Notes: generated by a model from the letters alone, not told the origin. A stretch of 64,000 nucleotides of DNA from Camelus dromedarius (GCF_036321535.1 NC_087437.1:32676001-32740000), one strand, 5' to 3'; counted from the first letter of the stretch, positions 1 through 12,230 are shown. Program-made: numbers and translations.

Positions 1-553
1 ATTTGTCCTTCCTCTAGGAAGTGGATAAACACTATAACACAAACTCAAGCCAAGTTAATAGGAAAATATTTCCACTGATATTGTAATGAAATTTAAATAT
101 CAAAACACACCCTTCAGATTCCACCAAATGAGTGAGAAGGCTTTGTTTTTATTTCATGCCATCCATAGTGGAAGCCTCTCAAACTTTGGGGGCTTCAAAG
201 AGAAAGATGTCCACATTTCCAGTTGATTAATAGACTTAATATAATCTCTATTTCGCCCCCAAATTTCCACTTATTGGCCTAAACAGGAACAGGCCGTATT
301 ATAAACAACTTAATTGCTTGCTTAAATATGTGATTCTACGCATGTCACATATTTTCTTAATTGGAAAAATATGGCAGCACACCAGTTACTGCAGGCACCA
401 AGCACCAAATTAATTTTATTGTTGAACTCCTTTGAATTGGTACAGGACACTCCACCATTTAGAAAAAGCCTTTGCCTAACACTTTGCTGGCACCAAAAGA
501 TTGTCCCACCACAAAGCCAGAGCACTGGATGATGCTAAGCAGTAAATATCGAA

Positions 554-585
554 AAACAAACAAACAAACAAACAAACAAACAAAC
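554..585. repeat. (AAAC)n microsatellite
   Basis: Direct tandem run in SHOX2 intron 1. Confidence 0.95.
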
Positions 586-1268
586 AGACAAGAGCCTAAA
601 GTGTCCACCGAAAGAAACAGCACAGCCTGGACCTTAGCCGGCCTTGGCTTCGTTCTCCCTTCATAGCTCTAAGAGAATGGGAAGTTCTGGCCCCCAAGAT
701 TCAGGGATCCAGGGTCTTCGCGGAGTTAGAGTGGTTCTTAGCGGCGGCCCGAAACCTGGGGCGACTCGAGGGTGAAATCCCAATCTCTCTCTACCCCCTT
801 CCTCTCTTTTTCATTTTCCTCGGGCCTAGGTAAGGGACTCCCACAAACTCGGCGATAGATGCTAACCTTAATCCTGCCGCCTGGCCCAGCGGCTGCCAGC
901 ACCCCCTCCCGCAGCCCGGCCCTGCGAACCTCCCCATCCACCAGCGGGCCGTCAGCGCTGCGGGCCCATCCTCCGGTTGGTGAAAATGCGTTTTGGTGAA
1001 ATGGAAGTAGCGGGAGCAACTGAGAAGGGCGCGCGCACACCCCACACGCCCCACCACCCCCACCACACACACACACACACTCGGACCCCACCCACGACCG
1101 TGTACACCACCGGACTCCCACCCCTCCATCACTCTAGCAGCCGAAGCTGGAATCCAAGGGCCCTCTCCGAGTTCCGCCCCCCTCCCCGTTGGGCCTTGGG
1201 GTCCTCTCCTGCCTAAGAGGAGTCAGGAAGGCGGGAAAAGGAACCGCGGCCGGGGGTCAGGCCGTTAC

Positions 1269-1611
1269 CCTCGGTGAGCCGCGGGCTGCCCGGCTCCCTG
1301 GTTCTCTCGGCGGCGCCCATGTCCAGCTCCCGGACGGGAGAGCGCCCTCCTCCAGCTCCTCCGCCTGCTCCTCCTCCTCCTACACCTCCTCCGCCTCCTC
1401 CGCCTCCGCCTCCTCCTCCTCCGCCGCCTCCGCCGGCCGCCCGGACTGCCGGGCTGCTGCGGTCGTCGCGGCCGGGCTCCGCGCAGCCGGTCGGCTCCTT
1501 AGCCCCTCGCAGCGGCCCGCTCTCCAGCACCTCCCGGTACGTGATCGCCTCCTTCTTCTCCTTCACTTTCTGGTCAAAAGACTTCGAGACGAACGCCGTA
1601 AGTTCTTCCAT
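1269..1611 (-). CDS. SHOX2: Short stature homeobox 2, coding exon 1 (114 codons + 1 nt; 17-Gly tract). Homeobox exons lie outside the window to the left.
   Basis: Translation [36 protein letters not shown]...(G)17[38 protein letters not shown] matches the SHOX2 N-terminus. A phase-1 donor GAG G|GTAAC lies at 1269/1268. Confidence 0.97.
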
Positions 1612-1729
1612 CGCTGCCGATGCCAGTCAGCCCCGCGCTCAACCTCTCCCAGCCGAGCCCCGCTCTTTTTTTCCTTCTTCTTTTTTTATTGCTCCAGCCC
1701 CCCCAATAATAACACATCAATGGGGCAGA

Positions 1730-1860
1730 GGGTAGGGGAGGAGAGGGTGGGGGAGGAAGAAGAAAAAGAAGAGAAGAAAGAAGAAGGAGCAGGAGAAGTA
1801 GAAGGAGAAAAAGAAGTAAGAAGAGGAGGAGGAGGAAGAAGAGGAAGAGGGAAGGGGCGG
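1730..1860. repeat. GA-rich polypurine low-complexity tract (polypyrimidine in the SHOX2 5'UTR)
   Basis: Nearly pure A/G on the plus strand. Confidence 0.9.
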
Positions 1861-1987
1861 GGGCCGCCGGAGGGAAATGGGAACTGATGCTTCCCTGCCG
1901 GAGCGCGCTTGTTCAATGTTAAGATCTTTGACAATTCTTCCTGCGGAGAGTTCAGATCTGATAGCAACACAGCGCTTGAAGTCTCAC

Positions 1988-1995
1988 TATTTATA
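1988..1995 (-). promoter_or_regulatory. TATA box (TATAAATA) of SHOX2; predicted TSS near 1960
   Basis: Plus-strand tatttata reads TATAAATA on the minus strand, ~380 nt upstream of the ATG and in the gene's orientation. Confidence 0.6.
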
Positions 1996-2086
1996 CTTCG
2001 CAAAGGCGGCCCCTTGTTCTGAGTAAATTACCTCCCCTTCGCAACTCGCAGGGAGCCCCTTCCCGGGAAGCACCCGCGCCACTACC

Positions 2087-2240
2087 TGGGGGTGGGGGAG
2101 TGGGGTTGGGAGGTGGGGGGAGAGGGAGAGAAAGAGGGGAGAGGGAGAGAAAGAGAGGAGAGGGGGAGAGAGGGAGAGAGGGGAGAGGAAGAGAAAAAGA
2201 GAAAAAAGAGAGAGAGGGAGAGATAGAAAGAAAGGAAAGC
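2087..2240. repeat. G-run cluster plus GA-rich polypurine tract upstream of the SHOX2 TATA box
   Basis: ggggtggggagtggggttgggaggtgggggg followed by (GA)-rich sequence. Confidence 0.9.
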
Positions 2241-5200
2241 GAGATTGAGATTGATTAAAGCTGGAGTCGAAGCTGGCTGGGGCTAGAGTGGGAGGACAGC
2301 AAAGGGGGACCGAAGGGGGTGGGAAGAAGAGACAAGTCCCAGGCCGTCCGGGTTTTCGGATACCTCGGCCGCCTGAGCTCTTGGCCATTAATCCAGGATT
2401 GACAAGAATCCCTAATTAATTTAATTAGGCGTGGATTTTGCGTTGGTGTCACGACTTAGTTAAACACTGGGGAGCTGGACTTATTCAGTCGGGGCGTGGC
2501 CAAGAGGAAACTGACAAGTGCGCGGCTCCTGGAGTCAGTCTGGTATCCGGACTTGGCATCCGACCCTATGTCCTCGCCCCGCGTCAGGGTGCCGCGCAAC
2601 AGCTCGGCCCCGCATTGCTGCCCGGCCCCCCTGCCCTGCATCAGGCGCCCCGCACCCCAGTTCCGTATCCTGACCCGGTATCCCATTCCTCCATCCCCGG
2701 TCCCCCAATCCCCACTCGAAACCTTGTATCCTGGCATCTTGCCTTCAGAACCTTGCCCAAAGTCAGGGTCTTCGACAGTTTCTCAGGCCCGCGCAGCTCC
2801 TTTTAGGTGCTTCCCGGCCCGCAGCCAGAGCTGAGCCTGGGTCGTCACCAAGCTCCCCACCCCAGGGAGTTTGTGATTCACCCGGCTATTCGCGTCGTGG
2901 AGACCAAGCTGACTCCTCTACGGACAAACCCGTTTCGAAGCCGCCGGTCGATTTAACACATTTCCCAAGCAGCTGTTCGCTGACAGATTCCATTTTAAAG
3001 TATTTCCTTAGCGCCTGCTTGGTCAAGGACAGTTTAACTTCGTTCCCTCTTTGAGGTTTCAGGACCCCTACCCCTTCTCCCTTACTCTCTGCACCCGGAC
3101 CCCTCCCACAAAGAACTAGGGAAACTCTTCTTTAGCATCATGGGAAACATTCTAGTTGATTTCCTAATTTTGAAAAGCAAGTGATTAAACCTCTTTGAGT
3201 TTGAAAAAAAAAATCGACGTTGTTTGTTCCCCATATAATTTTATTTATCGTGGAGTATTCAAAAAGAAATGGTAGCCATGAGAAAGGTTTTTTTCTCCCT
3301 CTCTCTTTAAGCTACGATTTAGAATTATATCCCTGGACTATTTTCATCAAAACAGTTTGTAATATGGAAAGACACACCTACATTCTTGAGCCACTTGTCC
3401 ATATTGTGTAAGGCTTGCTGTGAGAAATGTGGCCATATATGTATCCTTCACATAAGGATATTTGTATATGGAAAGTTTACCTGATGGTGTACATAAATTT
3501 GCCTCTTCAAGTGTGGCATTTTTGAGTAGTCTGAATATTAATACAGGCTTTCTGATGTTAAAAGTAACTTGTTCTTATTTTTTGATCTCATACTGTTAGT
3601 AAAACTAAAAGCAATTATAGAACTGTGATTTCTGTCTTCCACCCATTGGTTAAAGCATTAAAACAAAGTTAACAGATACTTTGAAAGGTTCCATCGAAGC
3701 AAACTGAAACATTTATAATAAGAGAGTATATTATAACCTAATATACTAGTGTTTCTAGAATATATGTAAATAGAGGCTACTTATAACTCTCATACTACAC
3801 TACTCAGATTAAAATGTTCACAGCTGATGAATTTAAGAAAGATGGAAATCATACTTTTTAGAATTGTTACTTTGCCTTTTTTCTCTTGAATTCTGAAGTT
3901 TTCTTTTTTCTTTTTAAAACATTTCACCTATTGATACTTTTTGGAGAAATAATTAAGATCTTTAGGTTTCCAACAGCAATAGCTGTTATGTATTAAATTA
4001 TGAGTACTTGCTTTTATTTTATTACACTACAAAAGAGACTCAAATATACTATCCAAAGTTATATGAATTTAGAAACATGATTTTAGTTAGTACTAGGTTA
4101 CTATTTGTGACCACTTTAATTCTTGTATTATCAGCGGGGAATAACCATAAAACTTTAATCCTGTATGAAAATCTGTTTTTAAGGTTATTTAGCAGAGTGA
4201 TAAATAATGGTGTCAGCTGAATGCATGGAGTGCTCAAGTAACACTCAAACTGAGGTGTTCAATATGTATTCACAAACAGCTCCAAAACAGCCACTATTAA
4301 AAGTCTGTTAAGGGATCAGGAGACTCACTACTATTTTGCCCTTTCAAGCACATGACTTTTAAGTCTGAATTCAAATTCCATCTTCTGAACTTGAGAGAAA
4401 GACAACCAATTTAAAGCTAATCAGGGAAGGCTCTGATACAATAGTGTATAATTCATACCAAATAGATTTTCCCATAGATTTTGCTGGCATGTTGCTCTTT
4501 GTATGTTTATGAATAGTAGTGTTCATATCAGATGGAGCTATGAGAGATCTGCAGTGTCTAACCATGGATTCCTACTGGCCTAAGGGAAATTTAAGCACCC
4601 CCCCCCCAAACCCAGGCTTTGAAATCATATACTAATAAATGCTTACCAAGTTCTAATGATGTTGTTTCATTAAATTGCAAATATATTCCAGAGACAGGAC
4701 ATTTCAAAATGCAGTTTTAGTAAAAACATTGAGAGTAAAGTTCAGTTGACAGCCTGCAGACAGGTATACAGGTTCCAATAAAATTCAGGACCTCAAAGGT
4801 TCCTCCCCATTCCAGCTGTTGAATTATTTAAAATAAACATGTAGTATTGTAGTTAAGCTTTAAAACGGTCTCTCAAAACGGGTTAGTTAACGAACAGTCA
4901 TTTATGAGAAATATATTTGTGGAGGTGATTTTCACCATCTCACATGTCTGTGCAAAACTGTACCTTAGGTATATGGCAGTTGTGAACGAGTTGATTCTCA
5001 CAGTCGACCCAAACCAAGGCCAACAATTTACCTCCTTATAATTGCTTACTTAGAATAAATAAGGAAAAAATGATCTTCATACAAGGACAGATAGTCTTAT
5101 GAGTTACATAAAATGCTGAATTGCTTTAATTTCTATAGGTTTAAACAACAACAAAAAGCCTATACATTTAATTTCTTTTGCAGAAGAAACCTCCTCTCCC

Positions 5201-5609
5201 TGCCTCGGGCGGTCTTCTTTCATTCCTTTACCAACCAATTACTATAACGTGAGAAACAAATATGCACCCAACCTGTGCCTTCACCTTCAGGGCAGAAGAA
5301 ACCCCGACTTTTAATGCATTTTTATAAATAAATCATTACAATGTAATCACACGCGACTCTGACGCTATACAGACACACTCCCATGATTTATTATTGTTGG
5401 ACCAGTTTCCTCCCCTCCCAGCATGAAACAACTAATTTTGTTACGTGTGGGTGTCGTAAACATAACTTCCTACGATGCATATTTGTTTACTTATTATCTG
5501 TGATGATAAGGACGATTACCAAGGCAACACTCTTCAGTTCCCACCTTTATTGCTTTTTGGTAACAAGAAAATAAAATAATCAAGCACGTAAAACCAACAC
5601 CAAACAAAA

Positions 5610-6450
5610 AATTGGCGGCGTGACAATCTACTCCCTCGGCACTCCTAACGCCTGGCCGTCTCCATCGATGCACTCGAAAGCTCGGCTGACGCTGCCTGGC
5701 GTTGGAACCAGGAAGGCGGTGAGATTAAACTGAAGCAAGTTCGGAGGACGCCGGCGGCGCCCAGATTTGAAGAAACGTTTCCGCGTCTGCGGCGCTTCCA
5801 AGTCTACGGGCGGTGTAAGCCCAAAGGCCGAGATCCAGGTGATGCCCGCGTCCGGGGCGTGGGAGGCGGCTTCCCTGGCTGAGGGGTTCCGAGGCCCTGC
5901 TCCGGCGTGAGGCGGCGCGGGCCTGGCGCAGTCTGTACGGGAGGTGGCGGCGGCGGCGGCGGCGGCGGCCCCGCGGCTTACGGAACGGGACAGTGCGCAT
6001 GCGCTCCTCACCTGGCGGGTTCTGACCCTCGAGGTCCAAGCTGGGGCCTTAGAGTGGTGGCTCTAGGGTGGTTCTCAGTCGCAGGCCTCCAGCTAGGCCC
6101 TGAGTCTAGAGATGGTGACGGAGAGTTAGCCAGCTCTTTTCCCTCGCTTCTCTCCTTGACGTCTCTCCCACCTGTCACCCCCACCCCTGTCCCCAATCCC
6201 TGATTCTTAATAGCTGCTTTTGGGTTTCTGGGTTCGTCTTGTAATATGCAAACGGTGCTTCGTCACTAGCTCTAGGTAGGGCGAAACGAGAGGGAGGCTG
6301 CCACCTGGTGCACTCTGCCCTATCCACTCCGCTGTCTCTAAATCCGCCTCCCCTTCCAACTCCTCCCCGACCCCCTCACCCCTTCTTTCCCGGGTCTCCC
6401 TCGCTTGCCGAGAGGAGAGATAGTGAAAGGTGAAATAGACTTTCCTTCCT
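5610..6450 (+). promoter_or_regulatory. RSRC1: RSRC1 CpG-island promoter. Contains ATTGG/TTGGCGGC (CCAAT/E2F-like) at ~5611, (GGC)8 at 5946-5969 and an NRF1 motif TGCGCATGCGC at 5994-6004.
   Basis: CpG-rich segment upstream of the RSRC1 coding exons; motifs read directly from the sequence. Confidence 0.85.
5704..5838 (+). other. RSRC1: RSRC1 non-coding exon 1 (5' boundary approximate)
   Basis: Ends in donor CCAG|GTGATG. Resembles the recalled human RSRC1 5'UTR (...TTAAACTGAAGCAAGTTCGG...CCCAG joined to AAATGGGACG). Confidence 0.65.
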
Positions 6451-7677
6451 TAACGAATAAATATTCTTGCCTTAAAAACTCATCTATTTCCTTGACTTCA
6501 GGACTTGTGGCCTTGTGGTCGTAGACCAAGAGCATATGACTACCCTTAAACTGTTTACTTTGGTGAGAGGTTATAATACAGTGTTATACATAGTGCCTGG
6601 TCTTGATTTTAGGTCAACCTTTATTTCCCACTGAGGTTATATATCTTTAAATGCACACTGGAAATCAATTTTTTTTTGTTTTTTGCATTTTCGGAATTAG
6701 CAGTGACCTATTTGTGTTTCAACTAACTAGGTACCAGGTAGTTAAATAACTTAAAATATGTTGTCACAAAAAAGTATTCAAGTTGTCATGTTTGAACTTA
6801 GCCGGAAAAGCTCTTAAGTGAAGGAGATATGCAGAATTCTCAGGTTTAAGGATTGGAGCAGATGTGACAGGTGCAACCTTGTGAGGAAACTGGGTATCCT
6901 TTGAAAGCCCCTTTAGCCTTAGAGTCTATAAATATTCACTTTTTTGCAGGCAAAGGAGATTTCCTGCTAAGTGGTAGCACTTCATTACTGTGTGTTTCTC
7001 TAAAAGAAGGTTGTAAATGTTTGAAACTGAAAGATAAGCCAGCTGACACCTATTAATTGGCCTTACCAACTTGATTAGTCCCAGCAAAAAGTTGTGTAAT
7101 GAGTTGGAAAACTTCTGTAATAAGATTGTTATACTAGATATATAGATCTGTTTCCTGCTTTCATTTTCAAACCATTGAGAGGAAATTCCTATGACTGATA
7201 ATGCTTTAAAAAAAGATGCTAGTCTGCAAATTTTTAGTTGTGCTGGGAGGAGTGTTTTGACAGTTCTGTACCTCTTTTGAGTTTTGCTTTATTATGCTTG
7301 TTAGGCTAGAATTTTATCTTAGTTCTTTTACTGCCTTTGGGTGGTTCTGTATTTGTTTATGGATTTCTCCCTGTGCTAAAAGGTGTTAACCCCATTTTCA
7401 CTTTTCTCTACCTTTGGAGGTGGACTTAGCATTTAAATGACTGTTCTCCCACCACCCATCTCTTTTTGGTCATGTGTCCAAGATAAAAAAGATTATAGTT
7501 TGGTATACTAATGAATGAGTAGTGAAGAAATAACTGTAAGCTGTCATATCCTTTAGGAATCTTTGTTCTCTCTGCTTGCTTTCTGAAAAAGATAACTTTC
7601 TTGTACCTTTACTGATAACTAAACAAAGGAACTACTTGTGTTTGCCTTTGAACTCTCTCTTTCTTTTAAATCAATGA

Positions 7678-8192
7678 TTTTTTTTTTATTGAAGTGTAGT
7701 TGATATATAATGTGTTAATTTCAGGTATACAGCAAAGTGATTGTTATGCATATATCTATTCTTTTTCAGATTCTTTTCCATTATGGGTTATTAAAAGATA
7801 CTGAATACAATTCTCTGTGCTATGCAGTAGACCCTTGTTGTTTATCTATTTTATATATAGTAGTGTGTATATGTTGGTACCAAACTCCTAGTTTATCCCT
7901 TCCCTCACTTCTCCTTTGGTTACCATAAATTTGTTTCTATGTCTGTGAGTCTGTTTCTGTTATGTAAATAAGTTCATTTGCATCATTTTTTAGATTCCAC
8001 ATATGAGTGATATCTTATGATACCTGTCTTTCTCTGACTGACTGACTTAGTATGATTATCTGTAGGTCCATCCATGTTGCTGTAAATGGCATTATTCCAT
8101 TCTTTTTATGGCTAAGTAATATTCCAGTGTGTGTGTATGTATACCTCATCTTTATCCATTCATCTGTTGATAGACATTTAGGTTGCTTTTGT
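7678..8192 (-). mobile_element. 5'-truncated L1 3' end (cetartiodactyl-type 3'UTR)
   Basis: Poly(T), L1 3'UTR, and ORF2 C-terminal remnant (KQPKCLSTDEWIK..MPFTATWMDLQIIILS). Confidence 0.9.
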
Positions 8193-9201
8193 GTTCTCTT
8201 TCGAATGACCACATTTTGGCTCTACATCTTGAATCAGTCTCCTAAACTTTACAATAAGATGTTTTTGTAAATTGATGTCTTGCTGTAGTCTGCCATGGCT
8301 TCAGTTCTGTAGTGGAAGTAGTTGGGTATGGCTTGTGATCATGAGGCTACAACCAGGAAATAACAGAGACTGGAGGGAGAACCAAAAACTGAGAGCCATA
8401 GGAGTTCTGTCCCTGTGTTGCCTTTTCAGCTTACAGGTAGATTGAAAAATTGTTAGGTTCTGGGACTGCTAAGAATCTGTGCTCAATTCATCATTGCCTT
8501 TATCAGAAAGAGCTTTAATGTCTTTCTATCCATTGTACCTTACCAACAGAGTTAAATAAAAACAGTTTTTCCTTACTAGGAATGTGTAATATAAATTGAC
8601 CACCATGACTTGAATGAGCAAATATATTCAATTATATGCTAGTGACATTATGGAAATCTGGAGGTAAGTGTATATCTAGGGTGGTGGGTAGGAATTCAGT
8701 ACTGTCATTGATAGAGAAGACATTTTTTGGATTTACCTCTGATTTATTTTTTGTGTTAACTTCCTTTTCTGAATAAACATTTAAAGTTAACCATAATAAA
8801 GAAATATGGTGGTTTTTTACTTTCTCTTTTTGCAATTAATTATACTTTAATATAATCTTTTGAAATGTAAACGTGTTGCTTGAAAAAATATTTGTAGTTT
8901 TGTGACAGTGGTTTTTCAACATTTTTTCACTCAATTCTTCTAAGGAAGAAGAACTTCCATTTATATCTTTCATTAGCTTTTCTGAGTTAAGTGTAATCAT
9001 TCTAATATGGATGAATTATGTTACTTGAAATTAAAACATAGAAAAATTTATACCCACCTCTAATTCTCTCTTTTTTGGTCACTGGCAAGATGCATAATTA
9101 GATGTGTGTCCTTTTCTTTCTTTTCTGCTTCTTTATGCCTTATACAGAGACTTAATAAGCTGGACATAATGGAGGATGGAAATGACTGTAGGTACCTTAG
9201 A

Positions 9202-10618
9202 GTTGTGGGTCTCATAGTTTTTAGTTTTAGGATCCCTTTACATTTTTAAAAATTATTGAGGACCCCCCAGGAACTTTTTATCTGTATGGTCTGTATCTAG
9301 AATACTGCTCTTATAGTACTTAAAACAGAAAATTTTGAAATATTTATTAATCCACTTAAGATAGTGATAATAAATCCATTATATGGTAACATCAATAACA
9401 TATTTGATATGAAAAATAGCTATATTTTCCAAAACAAAACAAACTTAGTGAGAAAAATGGCATTATTTTCCATTTTTGCAAATTTTTAATACCTGGCTTA
9501 ATAGAAGACAGATTCTTTTATCTGCTTCTGCATTCAGTCTTTTGGGATGAGTTGTTTTGAATGAAGTATATGAAGAAAATCTGGATTCACCCAGATATGG
9601 TGTTGGAAAAGTAATATTTTAGTAACCTTTTCTGGTAACTACTTCTTTAATACACCAAAACTTGTCAGGTAGTAGTTTCTTAAAGATTGGTTGCAATGTG
9701 GTATTTGAAACTATATCAGTGACCTTTTCATGCTCTATACATTAAAATCTGTTGGTCTGTCTTGCACTGTGAGTGGATTTTTCACTCGTACATGATTCTG
9801 TGACATTCATGTACAGCACTGGCCTACTGGAAAATACTGGTTCACTGACACGCGTATCTTCCAAATGTTGACACCCTTCATTATATAATAGTTTAAAAAT
9901 TCACATTTACTAATATCACTGCTGATCTCATCAGAGAAATCTTTACGTTCAGAGGAGCTTTCAGTCTCATGGTGGTGAATACAAGTTACCCAACATTATA
10001 ATTTTTGCCTGAGAGCTCAAATTTTATCATTGGCAACAAATAATGTCAGTTTTCCTTGAAGTAAATGACTCCATTCATTTTTAGGAAAATGACTATCAAA
10101 TACCCAAGTCTGAATAATCATAGTCAGTTCTTTAAAAATGGTATTTCATGATAAAAGCAGCTAGTTCGACTTGTGATTCAGTTGCACAAATGCTTTTCTC
10201 AAGATAACCATCATTCTTCAGTCTGCAGCAGTAGTTATGTGTATTTCCTATTTCATCACACAAAATATTAAGATGTGTGCTCAAGGGTTGAAATATAATA
10301 AAATTAATGATTTTTACTGCTTTATCAAGCACATTTCTAAGTGAAACTGCCCCCCCACCCCACCCCTTTAAAGAAAAAACAAAACTATGTGTTGTAGTGA
10401 AGAATGCAATGACTGCTAGTACAGTTTGGTCCATTTCCTTGATTCCTGTTAAGGCACCAGCAGTTTTGTCATTGTTTTTACATCATCAGTGCAAGAGTCA
10501 ACTCAGTGAAAAAGGTAAATTATGCTACTATTATAATGAAAATAGTTCTGATTTTTTGGATCCCCTGAGGTCTTTGGGATCCCCTCAGGGGCTTCTAGAA
10601 CCCATTTTGAGAACTGCT
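9202..10618 (-). mobile_element. hAT-Charlie DNA transposon fossil (Charlie1a-like, ~1.4 kb)
   Basis: Minus-strand start agcagttctcaaaatgggttc... matches the recalled Charlie1a end. Transposase remnant SLRNVLDKAVKIINFI..PLSTHLNILCDEIG is present. Confidence 0.8.
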
Positions 10619-10749
10619 CCTATACTGGCATGTAAGCTCCTTGAGGGCAAGGATTTTTTTGTGTCTTGTTCATTGATGTATCCCTGCTATCATTCTGGAA
10701 CTTCTTTAACCTATCTTGAGTGTTAGGTCACTTGTTCTCTGAATGTAGA

Positions 10750-12230
10750 TCATCTTTGTTTAGTCTCTCTTTTGGTGGAGCACATCCTTCAGTACTTCCC
10801 TAAAAAAGAGTGACTGTGAGGTATAATTTTGAGCCTTTGCATATCTGAAAATGTCTTTATTCTGATCTAATATTAGATCTCTGTTTGGATTGGATATAGA
10901 TTCTAGGTTGAAAATAATTTTCATTTGGAATTTTGAAGGCAAGTCTCCATTGTTTGTGATATTGCTACTGAGAAGCCTGATGCCTTTTATTGTGATTCTC
11001 CTTTTTCTTTTTTAATCTTTAGAAGTTTCTAGGGTCTTCTTTATATTCCTGGTGTCAGAAGTTTTAATGAGGTATGTCTAGTATAGTCTTTTTTTAATTC
11101 ATTGTCCCAGGGATTTAGGGCAATTCTTGTTTTTCAGTTTCGGAAATTGTTTTGAATTATTCTTTGGATAATTTTCTTTATCTCTTTTCTATGCTTTTTT
11201 TTTTTTTTTTCCTGGAATGCCTGTCAATTGGATATTGTACTTTCTGGATTGATACTCTTTTACCTCCAATTTTTTATCTTTTTCTTTCTACTTTCCATGA
11301 GTCCTTTGGTAGTATCTTCTAACTGTATTGTATTTCTTACAAAGTATCATTTGTTTAAATTTTAAGCTTTGTCTCCTTTTCTATGGATGTTCCTCCTATT
11401 CTTCTGCTTGTTCCTGGTTTACTATGAGTTGCTTTTTTTTTTCCTGTTTGGTTTCTGTCTAGTATGATGAAGGCTTTCATCCTGTGATTGTTTTTCTTTT
11501 GTTGTGTAATTACTGAAAAGTTATCAGAAAAAAGTTTTACAAAAAAGTTTACTGTGTTTAAGGCTTGGGCTTTTTAACTGTGGGCTTGGATATAGGGTGA
11601 TTGGGTGAGGGCTTGGCCTTTTTTTGGGGAGACCTTTTAAATATTTATATATCTTCTTCTAGGTACTGTTTAGTTTTTTCAGAAAAGAATCCTCTGTTCA
11701 AATTGGTGGATCTAAGCACACAGAGGGCTATAGTATTTGCTATTAGATTGTAGACTTTCACTTACTCCCTTTAACTTTTAGTCAAGCATCACTCTGCCCT
11801 CTTCTACTGTGCTCCTGGACCTGGTGCTTCACCTGGTGTTTCATCATTTTTCCAAAATAAACCATCTTTCCTGCTGGGAATGGGGAATAATAGTCACCTA
11901 TCTAGGTTGGATGGGGGAGGGGACCTGGGAGATTACTTCCTTTACAGATTTCAACCAATTCCCTTGTCTTTTAGTTCCATGCCTCATTGTGCCAGCTCTG
12001 GTATCTAGTGTCTCAAATTCCTGATCCTTTCTGATTTTTGCTATGTAAATTGGCTTTTCTCCTCTTGGAATTCTCTAAAGTTGCTGGGTATTCAGTTTTC
12101 TTAATCTAAATCCTGCATCTGTTTTTCATTTGCTAAAAATTTGTTGACATATCTTGTCTACTTGTCTTCCTGTTGTTTTCTATTCTGGTCTTTTTATCCT
12201 GGTGCACTCATACTTTTTTATCCTTTACTC
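10750..12230 (-). mobile_element. Ancient L1M/HAL1-type ORF1-region fragment
   Basis: Degenerate ORF1 C-terminal-like sequence (tatagattctaggttgaaaataattttcatttggaattttgaaggc); T-rich. Confidence 0.55.

Larger units (their letters stand above)
700..2960. promoter_or_regulatory. SHOX2: SHOX2 CpG island and promoter region
   Basis: High GC and CpG density spanning intron 1, exon 1 and the upstream sequence. Confidence 0.85.

Noticed and set aside
1213..1268. SHOX2 ORF continuation [18 protein letters not shown]
   Set aside because: Intronic read-through past the splice donor.
1612..1717. N-terminal extension of SHOX2 from the uATG
   Set aside because: The uATG is out of frame, and an in-frame TGA lies 6 codons upstream of the main ATG.
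738..2834. Long overlapping ORFs around SHOX2 exon 1 (232 aa, 153 aa poly-Pro, etc.)
   Set aside because: Antisense or alternative-frame shadows of GC-rich and low-complexity sequence, with no recognisable protein.
5628..6203. ORFs with poly-Ala, poly-Arg or poly-Gly at the RSRC1 promoter
   Set aside because: Produced by the (GGC)8 run and CpG-island composition.
10132..10434. Domesticated transposase gene
   Set aside because: Short frameshifted remnant in a non-autonomous Charlie element.
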